From Macrostomum hystrix (lineage: Eukaryota > Animalia > Platyhelminthes), in the NCBI GenBank assembly GCA_950097015.1, contig CATNEN010000008.1, positions 4,464,001-4,528,000 on the forward strand: 64,000 nucleotides of DNA, in the 5' to 3' direction. Positions within the stretch are counted from its first letter, which is position 1. The number at the start of each line of letters is the position of its first letter. The notes beneath the pieces were generated by a model that had not been told where the DNA came from, searched no databases, and saw only the letters and a list, made by a program, of their open reading frames with translations. Shown here one piece after another: positions 1 through 12,217 of the stretch. A program made the position numbers and the translations under genes.

Positions 1-116
1 TACTTTTAGCGAGTGTCCGGGACTCCTCAAAAGTCTATTCTAAATTGCTTTAGTCTATGGTGATTCTTTCCTTTAATTTACTGTGACAGAAAGGATAATA
101 CATATAATGTATATAA

Positions 117-217
117 TAAAATCATAACAACTGTAGGAGGGCTTCGGGCAATGGCACATCATTTGGTGACACTCAATTTGGTGACAATCCGGTGTGTACA
201 TCCGCCCTGATTTTCTC
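117..217 (-). mobile_element. SINE family 1, internally deleted 3' fragment
   Basis: The reverse complement contains GAGAAAATCAGGGCGGATGTACACACC and AGTGTCACCAAATGATGTGCCATTGCCCGAAGCCCTCC, which match the 3' part of the full copies at 5827 and 44892. Confidence 0.7.
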
Positions 218-1481
218 AGGTTAACCGTTAACGCGTTAACCGCTTTGCCACTGACCCCCAGTAGACAGCAAGCAAGTGCGCTGGAGTGGTTGCTCTATCC
301 GACTATATTCTTCAATTATTGAAGCCATCTCTTAACTAGAGTCCCTATTGTGTAAAACTGGCACATTTCTCAAGATAATTAACAGTCTCTAATTACAATG
401 GTCCGACTTTATCGCTAGAGCGACGAAATTGCCGACTTACTCACAGGTGCGGCATTGATTAAAGTGCGTCTGAACTAAAATGAATTAGCTGCAGATTTTC
501 CCACTCGTGAAAGAATTCCTCTTAAATCCCCTTTCTTTGGGCCTGATTATCAACAGTGAGTAGGCAGGCAGGCAGGCAGGCAGTTCATCGCGAAATGAAC
601 CCCATGGAACATTGCTTTGAGTGTTACAGGGAATTCCAGGTAACTCATCAGGGAATAAGGCTATAAAGTAAGAAATGAGACACTTGTATTTGTGCTGCTA
701 TCCGCAATTGGACTGTGGGATTTGATGAGGGCTTATCGCGATCCCACTGCCACTCTCTCCCCCTCACTGCCTCGCCTCGTTCGCCCAACTCCCTATCTCT
801 GTCTCTGCTTTCAAGCAGCTGATTGTCTTCCTTTCTACCTTTGTTTGAGTCCAGAGTCTGAGGCCCCATTTCAACCGTTTTTATAATGGGACATCTCGCC
901 ATTCTTCTCATCATTGCCCCTCTCTGCTCTCTCACAAGTACTCAAGCTAGCTTCTGCTTATCAACCATACCAGTGCGTGCTCAGCGCGGCCTTAGCAACC
1001 GGCTGTGTACACTAGTTACCAAGCCGTCTGCCAGAGTACGAGGTCCGATTGAGAATGGAGAAGTTGCTTACTAGCTTTGTGGCATTGCATTTGTTTTTTT
1101 GCAATACCTGCTTTGCACCATCTCAGACTAGCCTGTTATTAACTGTAGTCGCTGAGCTTATATTAGTGCAAATAAAGTCTTATTCAAAAAACTAACAACT
1201 GCTACTATGAGCTACTTCTAACTCTTCAGCTAAACCAAAGATATAATTTACTAATTTAGTTTTTGTTTGCCTTGTTTTCTTCGCCTCTTGTTTTCGTTGT
1301 ATCTTTCGATTCGATTTGATTCGAAATTGTTATAATGAGATCTCATCCGCTTGATAGAGTTGCACTTTTGTAGTGCTCAACTCCGCAAGTCTGTGCTAAC
1401 CATCCATAGATTTGCGAGAAGCTATGAGGCTTTAAGCGTTATAACTTGCCAAAAATAAGTAATTTTTAATTGGATAAATCT

Positions 1482-1945
1482 CAAGTTGATGGATTTCAAA
1501 TTGATGGATTTCAAATTGATGGATTTCAAATTGATGGATTTCAAATTGATGGATTTCAAATTAATGGATCTCGAGTTGATGGATTTCAAATGGATGAATT
1601 TCAAGTTGATGGATTTCAAATTAATGGATTTCAAGTTAATGGATTTCAAGTTAATGGATTTCAAGTTGATGGATTTCAAATTGATGGATTTCAAATTGAT
1701 GGATTTTAAATTGATGGATTTCAATAGAATGAATTTCAAGTTGATGGATTTCAAATTAATGGATTTCAAACTGATGGATTGAAAGTTGATGGATTTCAAA
1801 TTAATGGATTTCAAACTGATGGATTTAAAGTTGATGGATTTCAAATTGATGGACCTCGAGTTGATGGATTTTAAATTGAGGGATTTCAAATTGATGGATT
1901 TCAAGTTGATAGATTTCAAATTGATGGATTTCAAGTTGATGGATT
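1482..1945. repeat. 15-bp minisatellite (GATGGATTTCAAATT)n, intronic
   Basis: About 30 tandem units, starting just downstream of the donor at 1962 (- strand). Source of the MDFKL and SINLK ORFs. Confidence 0.95.
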
Positions 1946-1962
1946 CTCAAAACAGAGTTCAC

Positions 1963-2601
1963 CTGAGCTCTGAGTTTGTTCTTGGCCTGGACCTCCTCTG
2001 CGCGGCCCTTGGCACCGTCGCCTCCCTCATCATCGTGATACAGTCGGCCCAGTCTACGGATGACCTCGTCGAAGTCCTGCGCCTCAGTGGACACGAATCG
2101 TTGAACATCGTCGATAAGGCGCTCCAGCTGCACGGAGCGGTGCATCATGAGCTGCGCGTACTCCCCGGACTGCAGCAGCTCGGCCAGCCGGTCTGACACG
2201 CTGAACAGCGGCTCCTCCAGCCGCCTTAGAAACTCTCGCATCAGCTCCATCAGCTCCTGGGCTGACAGCTCGTCCAGAATCCGGGCCACCCTGGGCCCCT
2301 GCTGCGCCGCGTACACTTCGTCAGCCGCCCGACCGATTCGAGCCTCGTCAACCTCGCCAGGAGCTTCAACGAACGTGTCGCCCTCTTTAATCTCCTGGTC
2401 GAATTTCTCGCGCAGCTTGGACACCACTGAGCCGATGAAGCTGGGCACGGGAGTCCACACCTCGCCCGGATCATCCTGGTTCATCGGCGACACGATCAGG
2501 TACTTCTCGAAGTTCTTCGTCGGCAGGGTGGCCAGCTCCGCGTAGGTGATGACGCGGCGCGTCCCGGTCTCCATGGCAACAGTGCTGAATGGCGGGGGTT
2601 T
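1963..2601 (-). CDS. Internal exon of a RhoGAP-like protein (rest of gene only partly resolved)
   Basis: Phase-0 exon with CAG|AAA at 2601 and CAG|GTGAAC at 1963. VPSFIGSVVSKL...LMREFLRRLEEPLF resembles the RhoGAP motifs IPxIV...LKxFLRELPEPLL. A probable upstream exon ends at 2715 (CAG|GTGAGC). First and last exons are uncertain. Confidence 0.45.
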
Positions 2602-3289
2602 CTGAGGGTCGGAATATTAATGGAAGCTGAGCTGCAGCTGGTCGCTCAGCGTGTTATTTTCCAATTCGGCGTTATATTTATATTTGAAATACAGAATAGC
2701 CTCACCTTGCTCACCTGCCTCTCTTCCAGTCTCTTAAAAGGCTTCTTCTCTGCCTCTTGAGCACTTTTAATAACTGGCCGACGGCGACCTCGCAACTGTC
2801 GCACTGCCAGCCGACGGGGCTTGGCGGCGGGGGGAGAATTCAATGGAGAACGAGAGAGAGAGAGAAACAGACAGATACAGCTATTGGGAGAGAGAAAGAC
2901 AAAAGCAATGGTTGCATAGAGACTCAGCTTGTTGCAGGCCATCCGAGCCACCCATTGGAGATGCAGTGAGAGACGGAGAGAGAGGGAGGGAGAGAGGAGG
3001 GGGGCAGACGGTGCTGGGGACTGGCGCCGATGCAGAGTTACAAAAAAATAACAGACCCACCGATGATGGCTGCAGCCCCCCGGCCTGGCTACAAAAGAAT
3101 TGTAGAGTGAAAAATAAACACCAGAGTAATGTATGCATTTAAAACGTTGAGATGGTAGAAAACACACCCCTGCAGTGTGAGTAGGGCAGCTCTGTCTGAC
3201 TGAGACAGAAAAATACAAATAGACAGACTGATAGGGCGAAAGGGCGATTTTCAAGCAAAGAAATGTTGCGAAAACTTAATACATTGGGT

Positions 3290-3337
3290 TTAGGGTTAGG
3301 GTTAGGGTTAGGGTTAGGGTTAGGGTTATGGTTTGGG
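3290..3337 (+). repeat. Interstitial telomeric repeat (TTAGGG)6 plus degenerate units
   Basis: Six perfect TTAGGG units at 3290-3325, followed by TTATGG and TTTGGG. Confidence 0.9.
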
Positions 3338-4989
3338 TTTTTGGCTGGACACGCCCCAGTGTCTTCTGTTAGATAAAAAAGTCTGTCTGGTTGTGTCTTC
3401 CTTTTTTGCCTGACAGCCTGACTAGGGCAAGGTTATTCTTGTAAATGACGCAAAACTTAGCAATTTCGCGATAGAAGGGCCTGGCATGATGCTCCCTCAC
3501 CATCAGACTTCCTGCACCTGCAATTCTGTTTTGTCTTTTGCCTTTAAGACTCCCATTTTAGGCGCCATCTCTAATGCTACTTGTGCCCTGTCGTTCCTCA
3601 TTCCTTTATGTGCTGACATTTGTCTCCTCTATGCTAGCAAAAGCCAAGAAATATTAGAATATTCTTCCCACCCCTGTTCTCTCGCCTTCATCTCTTTCTC
3701 TTTCTCCCCCCATTTCTCTCCCCCTTTCCCCCTTCTTTCTCTCCCCTATTTCTACATTTTTTCTCCCTTCTCTTCTCCCTCGTTCTCCCTCTTCTGTCCT
3801 TGAATGTCAGTTTCATCTCAGAATCCCGTATAAAAATGGACGGCTTTGGGAATTTATGTACGAGCTATGTTTTTGCCGAATGACACTTCGATCCTTCTTT
3901 CCTCGCGCCCTGCAGTCAACCTGAAATAATAACAACATCTCTCTATAGCCCGCGAATTTCTTTGCCCAAATCATTCATCCCAATCGGATCCATTCGATCG
4001 ACCAGTTTCTCTGCATTGCAGTTTCTGCTCCTGTTACCAGGCGTGGGTGGATGAAGGCATGGGATTTTTCCCAGGTGGCTGAAGACGAAATCCAACCGCT
4101 TTATATGGGATAAATGAGAAAACTAATTGTAAGTCAATAATCGAGAAAACTGTTTTTGTTTACGCCCAGGTGAATCTTTGGATGTCGATTGGGATTGGAA
4201 ACATCCCCAAGGTCGCTAGGGTCGAGATTCGAACTTCAGACCACCCAGTAAGTCGTTCAAAGCTCTTACCAATGGGCTGAAACCTTAGCTTAAACAATGA
4301 TTTGGTGGAAAAATAAATAAACGATTGTCAAAATTATGTTGAATAAGAACTTACCCGATGCCACTGAACTAAACAGGGCGGCACTTATGGAGAAAAAGTG
4401 TAAAATAGAATACAAGAACAGGCTCCTTCAGAATGCTTTTCTCCTCCTCATCAACTTAGGAAGTGAAGGCAAAACATTCAGCATTGCCTTTAGGGTTTAG
4501 CGTGGGAGGCGGGGGAAACAAGACTCAGGGCAGGGCGGCTGAGTGGATGAGGCAGAGCTTCATCAACTCAAAGTTTCTTCATCGGCGAATTCAAACAAAT
4601 TTGTTGCATATTTTCCAACTTTCTGTTTTTTTGTAGAACAGCTTAACAACATGGCAGCTTTATAGAACAATGGTCTTGCCTGATTATTTGGGGTGCCGGA
4701 TTGAAGTGCCTGGTGGAAAGCTGTCATTTAATGCCTCAGCGACCTACCTAGATCATTATATTCAGCCGAAGCAATCGAGCCGCCTTGGATTCGCCATCAA
4801 GCAGCGGCGCGCAGACAAGATGCTGTCACCGAGAAAAGCAGCTCAAACACGCACACCCTGCAAGCCACGGGAGATGGCGTCCAATGGCTGCCTAATTCCC
4901 AAAAAGGGATTTCGACGTCTGGGCGGGGTCTAGTTCCGCTGTGAGCCCAAGCGGACTCTCTCCAGCTCCCAACCCCACAAGCTCGTCAA

Positions 4990-5037
4990 TATAAGACGCG
5001 ATTATCAGGCGAGAGTCCCGTTTGCTCTGACTCAGTC
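4990..5037 (+). promoter_or_regulatory. TATA-like box and Inr of the small secreted protein gene
   Basis: TATAAG at 4990 and TCAGTC at 5032. Followed by donor GTGAGT at 5098 and acceptor CTTACAG at 5197, a 5'UTR intron. Confidence 0.5.
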
Positions 5038-5203
5038 TTGACACTCTGCTCAGCGGTACCAAGGCTCAAAGCCCACCGACTTCAATTTGAGAAGGCTGTG
5101 AGTGTCCTATCTGTTGTCGCTATCTGTCTGTGAAGTTTCAAGCATGCTCAGGCACTCACAGATTTCAATGCTAAATAAATTGCAACCCTCCTTACAGACA
5201 GCC

Positions 5204-5527
5204 ATGGACAAGCTCGTGCTCCTCCTACTCGCTGCCCTGCTGCTAGCTGCCGCCCCCGCAACTGCCGCCCCCACCGCCAATCGGCCGACACCCGCCGAAG
5301 CCCATCCGTCCAGTGGGCAACAAAAGCAGCAGCAGCAGCAGCAGCAGCGGCAACTCCTCTCAGAGCTGCAGTTTGAGCAGCTTTGGTCTGAGTTCCTCCA
5401 CAGTATGGAGCAGCCCGCAGCTCCGGCGAGGCCGGATCAGCAGCAGCAGACTGAGCTAGATGCCCAGTTCGTCACCGACCTGCTGCTGTCATCGCCCCGC
5501 TACCGAGCCGAGCTCCTTGGACACTGA
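5204..5527 (+). CDS. Small secreted orphan protein (107 aa, signal peptide, polyQ)
   Basis: GCCATGG start, signal peptide MDKLVLLLLAALLLAAAPATAA, GC-rich coding-like sequence, AATAAA at 5547-5552. Confidence 0.75.
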   Translation: MDKLVLLLLAALLLAAAPATAAPTANRPTPAEAHPSSGQQKQQQQQQQRQLLSELQFEQLWSEFLHSMEQPAAPARPDQQQQTELDAQFVTDLLLSSPRYRAELLGH

Positions 5528-5826
5528 GCTCGCTCTTGTGTACTAAAATAAACCCACATCCCGATGGCTCTCCTGACGGAACTGAATTTTCATGCGAATT
5601 CAAAATAAACTGTCGGTTCGTGGAACAAGCTTAAAGCCACGATACATTCCCGCCTCTCGCTACTGACGATGGCCGGCTTAAATAGTCAAGCTTGCGCATG
5701 AATAGTTTAAATATCAGTGCGTATTTATTTAAGTACAATTCAGTGTTTCAATGGAAGTTTCAGAACTATCAGCTTGGCTTGATACCCGGATGTGAAACTG
5801 GTGTAATTTAAGCTTCATCTGACTCA

Positions 5827-6198
5827 GGCGGTGTGTGCCAGAGCGGTTAATGCGTGTGCCTCTCGCACCAAGGTCCCTGAGCTCGATTCCGTGGCGAGGC
5901 CACATTAAATTGGAGTGCAGCCGCGGAGTGAAGGCTTGGGGTCTTGTCATGCAATTTATGCCATTGAGGGCCAACCTCCAAGGCACAGTGAAGTGTACAC
6001 TGCCTGACGATGAGAAAGTCAGGGCAGATGTACACACCTGTGTAAGCGTGTACCTGCGTACAGTATCTGTGTGCGTGTGTGTTCTGGAGTCAGCGAAATG
6101 GGGCAGAATTGCCTCCTCGCTGACTGCGGGCCTAGTGTCACTAAATGATGTGCCATTACCCGCAGGCCTCCTACAATTATTATTATTATTATTATAAT
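5827..6198 (+). mobile_element. tRNA-derived SINE family 1, full length
   Basis: A-box-like TGCCAGAGCGG, B-box-like GCTCGATTCC, body shared with 44892-45255, (ATT)n tail. Confidence 0.85.
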
Positions 6199-6653
6199 CA
6201 ACAGATAACACATAGCTTTAACAGATAACCAGCTGAAACTTCTAACTTGTGACACTACAGTGCGCACAAGTGTTGGCCCTTTGTCGATCTTGATAAGAGC
6301 GAATGCGCAACTTGTGATTTCTGTAGAAGTTTAGTAAAAACTTTTCACCCTTAATGGTATCGCTGGTACTTGTATAATTGTGTACACGCATAAACGGATG
6401 TAGTGAACAAGTTTGTAACACCGAGTATCGAGAAAATCAACGCTATATAATTATACATTGTGCAGATAGTAATCTATAGATTTTAAGTCGTTAAAAAATA
6501 TTTTTGTTGACAACTCCTGAACAGAAAATTGTTGAAAGAGAGGTCCATGTGGTTTGGTTTCTGACAAGCTAAAAATCTACAAGGAATTGGTGATGCAACA
6601 CTGTGGCTTGCTGTCTAGCTAATGGGTGCAAAAGTTAGTCCCACAGTTGAGAT

Positions 6654-7875
6654 TCACAGGTCGATGCGGGCCACCTGAAGAAAGCTGAGGTCCTGCCTAG
6701 CCGAGTAGATCACAAATCGGTCCTGGCCGGGCACTGAAACATCGCTGCGCAGTGTCACGCTGATCTGGCTGCCGGCATCCAGTGTGACCATGCCAACTGT
6801 CAGGCAGGTCAGCGGCCGCACTGTGCTCAGAACCCGGCCGGTGAACTTGGCCGAGCCGTCGACCTGTACGGTGCACTCGATACTCCGAGGCACGCTGACG
6901 TTGTGCATCCGGACCACCAGCTGGGCGGCCACATAGTACATGCCCGCCTGCAGCACCCGCACCGAGGTGTCGTCGGGCGTCACGGCGAAGGCGTCCTCTT
7001 GGTAGGCGTGCTTCGGCACCCAGGGCCGCACTGGGATGTCGTTTTTGTGCTCTGTAATAATGATAATAATAAATTATTACACCTGCCACAATCGGGCCAG
7101 ATGTGCTGCCGACTGAAGGCTGCGTACAGCTGTTCACGCAGGACGCCACACCCACCCTCCATCACCCCAGCTGATGCTGGTTCCCATTTAACAGCTGGGT
7201 GAACTGAAGCAAATCAGAGTTTGAGTGTCTTGCTAAAGGACGCAAATTGTTCCAGTGGAGTGGGGAATCGAACTCCCGACCTTCAAGTCGTGAGTCCAAC
7301 AGTCTAAACGCTAGGCTAAAATCCCCCTTGGGAAATTAATAAAAGGCAATTTCAGCACAAAAGTACATGCTTAATGATCAGAGCAGTTTTCGATGGCGCT
7401 AAATTAATTACCTCTGCTCACGATGGCTCCCTGTCTCACTGTGCAGAAGAGACCCTGGAAGTTGCCACCACACGCTGGCAACCTTTCTGAGCTCAGTCTC
7501 AGGGAGATCTGAAAATCAGATTTTTGAATCACTACAGATTGAGTCTAAATTATTGTAGGATTCCACACAGTTTTGAGTACTCCCATCTCAATCGCTCACC
7601 ATTCGAGTCTCATCGGCGAGATGCTCGGATGAGTTCAACCAGCTGCTATTCAGCTTCGGATCGAATCGCTTCAGCCCGACTGTTGTGCTGAAGGTGAGAA
7701 CGCCGAGGACGCAGGCGGCCACCGCTGCCGCAGCCAGAACTAGCCGGGAGTGCCTTCTCGCCTTGGACATGCGGACTTGACGACTGACTGTTGGCTTGGA
7801 TGCAGCTGCTGGAGGCTCAACAGACTGAGCTTCCACTTGGAGCAGATGAGCATCGGGACTCGCCTCTTGAGACAT
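6654..7875 (-). CDS. TNF-ligand-like gene A (type II membrane, 256 aa, 3 exons)
   Basis: Exons 7875-7600, 7508-7412 and 7051-6654 (phases 0, 1), all GT-AG and in frame. TM segment LVLAAAAVAACVLGVLTF. TNF-domain hallmarks VRVLQAGMYYVAAQL, GMVTLDAGSQISV and C-terminal SFLQVARI. Confidence 0.75.
7054..7327 (-). mobile_element. tRNA-headed CORE-like SINE family 2 in intron 2 of TNF-like gene A
   Basis: Minus-strand head with GTTCGATTCC B box. CORE-like segment CCTTTAGCAAGACACT...TGCTTCAGTTCACCCAGCTGTTAAATGGG. (ATT)-type tail. Homologous to 31398-31688. Confidence 0.8.
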
Positions 7876-8479
7876 GTTTGGTTGAGTTCAGTAGACTTGT
7901 TTCAATCGTTGATTTGCTTCTAGAATGGAAGCTTTTGTTAGCAAAATGAAGTCCCTGGCTTATTATAAAGCCTGGGCAACCCTTGGCCCGCGTTCCCTTG
8001 GCCATCATTCTAGCTAAAAATAGCAATTCTGAAGTGCTCCTTAGGCCTGCCGCCGACTGGTGTCGTTGCGATGAAATCTCTGCAGCAGTTAAAATTAGAA
8101 GCTCATTGTGCCAGTTAGTGGCAGAGAATTGTGACGCCTCATTATTTTGTTGCTTTTTGGCACAGCTTTCGCCGTTTAATTTTGCAACCCTCGAGATTAA
8201 ATTTAGGTCCAGTCGGCGGTTTTCGAATAAACGAAAATAAAACATCACAATAATTAATTATATTTAAACAAAGTTTATTTTTGACAGTTTTAGCATTCTA
8301 AAAAAATTATAACCGACCTGATAATCTTTTTATTTCTCAGGTTAATCAATCAATTTATAACTGATGTAATTGATCTAAAAGATAATTTATAAATTGATCT
8401 CGTATCTGAAAATCGATGTGTTGATCGATTTTATTTTTATGAATTGACGATTTGATAATCAATGAATTGACTTATCTGA

Positions 8480-10765
8480 TAAAAATGATCTCTCTTATAA
8501 TCTGTGGATTAATCTCTCTGATCATCTGTGGATTGAATTCTCTGATCATCTGTGGATTAATCTCTCTGATCATCTGTGGATTAATCTCGCTGATCATCTG
8601 TGGATTGAATTCTCTGATCATCTGTGGATTGAATTCTCTGATCATCTGTGGATTGAATTCTCTGATCATCTGTGGATTGAATTCTCTGATCATCTGTGGA
8701 TTGAATTCTCTGATCATCTGTGGATTGAATTCTCTGATCATCTGTGGATTAATCTCTCTGATCATCTGTGGATTAATCTCGCTGATCATCTGTGGATTGA
8801 ATTCTCTGATCATCTGTGGATTGAATTATCTGATCATCTGTGGATTGATCTCTCTGATCATCTGTGGATTAATCTCTCAAATCATCTGTGGATTGAATTC
8901 TCTGATCATCTGTGCATTAATCTCTCTAATCATCTGTGGATTAATCTCGCTGATCATCTGTGGATTGAATTCTCTGATCATCTGTGGATTAATCTCGCTA
9001 ATCATCTGTGGATTGAATTTACTGATCATCTGTGGATTAATCTCTCAGATCATCTGTGGATTGAATTCTCTGATCATCTGTGGATTGAATTCACTGATCA
9101 TCTGTGGATTGAATTATCTGATCATCTGTGGATTGAATTCACTGATCATCTGTGGATTGAATTATCTGATCATCTGTGGATTGAATTCACTGATCATCTG
9201 TGGATTGAATTATCTGATCATCTGTGGATTGAATTATCTGATCATCTGTGGATTGAATTCTCTGATCATCTGTGGATTAATCTCTCTGATCATCTGTGGA
9301 TTAATCTCGCTGATCATCTGTGGATTAATCTCTCAAATCATCTGTGGATTGAATTCTCTGATCATCTGTGGATTGAATTCACTGATCATCTGTGGATTGA
9401 ATTATCTGATCATCTGTGGATTGAATTCACTGATCATCTGTGGATTGAATTATCTGATCATCTGTGGATTGAATTCTCTGATCATCTGTGGATTAATCTC
9501 TCTGATCATCTGTGGATTGAATTATCTGATCATCTGTGGATTGAATTCACTGATCATCTGTGGATTGAATTATCTGATCATCTGTGGATTGAATTATCTG
9601 ATCATCTGTGGATTGAATTATCTGATCATCTGTGGATTGATCTCTCTGATCATCTGTGGATTAATCTCTCAAATCATCTGTGGATTGAATTCTCTGATCA
9701 TCTGTGGATTAATCTCGCTGATCATCTGTGGATTAATCTCTCAAATCATCTGTGGATTGAATTCTCTGATCATCTGTGGATTGAATTCACTGATCATCTG
9801 TGGATTGAATTATCTGATCATCTGTGGATTGAATTCACTGATCATCTGTGGATTGATCTCTCAAATCATCTGTGGATTGAATTCTCTGATCATCTGTGGA
9901 TTAATCTCTCTGATCATCTGTGGATTGAATTATCTGATCATCTGTGGATTGAATTCACTGATCATCTGTGGATTAATCTCTCTGATCATCTGTGGATTGA
10001 ATTATCTGATCATCTGTGGATTGAATTCACTGATCATCTGTGGATTGAATTATCTGATCATCTGTGGATTGAATTATCTGATCATCTGTGGATTGAATTA
10101 TCTGATCATCTGTGGATTGATCTCTCTGATCATCTGTGGATTAATCTCTCAAATCATCTGTGGATTGAATTCTCTGATCATCTGTGGATTAATCTCTCTG
10201 ATCATCTGTGGATTAATCTCGCTGATCATCTGTGGATTAATCTCGCTGATCATCTGTGGATTGAATTCTCTGATCATCTGTGGATTAATCTCTCTGATCA
10301 TCTGTGGATTAATCTCTCTGATCATCTGTGGATTGAATTCTCTGATCATCTGTGGATTAATCTCTCTGATCATCTGTGGATTAATCTCTCTGATCATCTG
10401 TGGATTAATCTCTCTGATCATCTGTGGATTAATCTCTCTAATCATCTGTGCATTAATCTCTCTGATCATCTGTGCATTAATCTCTCTAATCATCTGTGGA
10501 TTAATCTCTCAGATCATCTGTGGATTAATCTCTCAGATCATCTGTGCATTAATCTCTCTGATCATCTGTGGATTGATCTCTCTGATCATCTGTGGATTAA
10601 TCTCGCTGATCATCTGTGGATTGAATTCTCTGATCATCTGTGGATTAATCTCTCTGATCATCTGTGGATTAATCTCTCTGATCATCTGTGGATTGATCTC
10701 TCTGATCATCTGTGGATTGATCTCTCTGATCATCTGTGGATTGATCTCTCTGATCATCTGTGGAA
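8480..10765. repeat. 21-bp satellite (TGATCATCTGTGGATTAATCTCTC-type), about 108 units
   Basis: Tandem units with TTAATCTC/TTGAATTC/TTGAATTA variants. Source of the 775-aa IICGL ORF. Confidence 0.97.
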
Positions 10766-11028
10766 TAATGTACCCCTGAATCGAAGGACTTTAAAATGCG
10801 ATCGCCTGTCAACAATTGAGAACTTTGACTAAAAAAACTGATAAAAGAGTTGCGACTTTTGAAGAAATCAGACTTGGGTGGCAACAAAGTTTATAAAACT
10901 GCTAAACTATGGTTGATGAGTCAGTCAGGTCAGGTGACACAGAAGCATGTGCTATGACTTTAGAAAAATGCGAACAAGGATACAGAGCTAGAAATCTAAA
11001 TCAAATGCAGCACGCGGCACACTGCGTG

Positions 11029-11741
11029 AGTGTCAGAGTGTCAGAGTGTCAGAGTTTCAGAGTGTCAGAGTGTCAGAGTGTCAGAGTGTCAGAGTGTCAG
11101 AGTGTCAGAGTGTCAGAGTGTCAGAGTGTCAGAGTGTCAGAGTGTCAGAGTGTCAGAGTGTCAGAGTGTCAGAGTGTCAGAGTGTCAGAGTGTCAGAGTG
11201 TCAGAGTGTCAGAGTGTCAGAGTGTCAGAGTGTCAGAGTGTCAGAGTGTCAGAGTGTCAGAGTGTCAGAGTGTCAGAGTGTCAGAGTGTCAGAGTGTCAG
11301 AGTGTCAGAGTATCAAAGTGTTAGAGTGTCAGAGTGTCAGAGTGTCAGAGTGTCAGAGTGTCAGAGTGTCAGAGTGTCAGAGTGTCAGAGTATCAAAGTG
11401 TCAGAGTGTCAGAGTGTCAGAGTGTCAGAGTGTCAGAGTATCAAAGTGTCAGAGTGTCAGAGTATCAAAGTGTCAGGGTGTCAGAGTGTCAGAGTGTCAG
11501 AGTGTCAGAGTGTCAGAGTGTTGGAGTGTCAGAGTGTCAGAGTGTCAGAGTGTCAAAGTGTCAGAGTGTCAGGGTGTCAGAGTGTCAGAGTGTCAGAGTG
11601 TCAAAGTGTCAGAGTGTCAGAGTGTCAGAGTGTCAGAGTGTTGGAGTGTCAGAGTGTCAGAGTGTCAGAGTGTCAAAGTGTCAGAGTGTCAGAGTGTCAG
11701 AGTGTCAGAGTGTCAGAGTGTCAGAGTGTCAGAGTGTCAGT
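11029..11741. repeat. 8-bp satellite (GTGTCAGA)n
   Basis: Direct inspection; about 89 units. Confidence 0.97.
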
Positions 11742-12217
11742 GCAGTTTCATCATGTCAGTGGTAAGTAGCCAAGTCCTAAATATCCTGAATCAAGTTGTA
11801 ATGTTTGGCTGAGTAATTTGACTGGCAATTTCCGGTTTGATTTAGCAAGATTTCAGAAGTGCAAGTGTTCAGGAAGTGAATCGGAATGTTTAACAAGATC
11901 TCAGTCGATTGAATCCTTCCTAGAAGCTTCATCTTTTACTTGCTTGCACTTGCAATTGCAAAATCGTTTATTTGTCATCGTCTGTTACAGATGACGTGCA
12001 TTGATAAGTGTCCAGCAATTACATGCGAAACATGGACTTGTCAAGCTAAGCCAGGTTAAAAGTGTAACGAGTGACGGAGTGGGGTTGTAACCTGTACGAT
12101 GTATGCAATAATAAATAAATGTACATAGACGTACACTTTAATTTCGGGTCTTGAAGTTAAAATTAATCTAAAAACACCCTCACTCAACGACACAAACTTT
12201 TAGAAGTAAAAGGGAGC

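Noticed and set aside
227-240. 14-bp palindrome GTTAACGCGTTAAC
   Set aside because: Isolated, with no matching terminal repeat found. It may be chance or a repeat end.
5827-5900. tRNA gene calls at SINE heads (also 7260-7327, 31620-31688, 44892-44960)
   Set aside because: A and B boxes are present, but they continue into SINE bodies and tails and I could not fold a full cloverleaf.
8452-10779. 775-aa IICGL-repeat ORF
   Set aside because: A stop-free 21-bp satellite read in frame. There is no unique domain or splice context, and the opposite strand also gives long ORFs.
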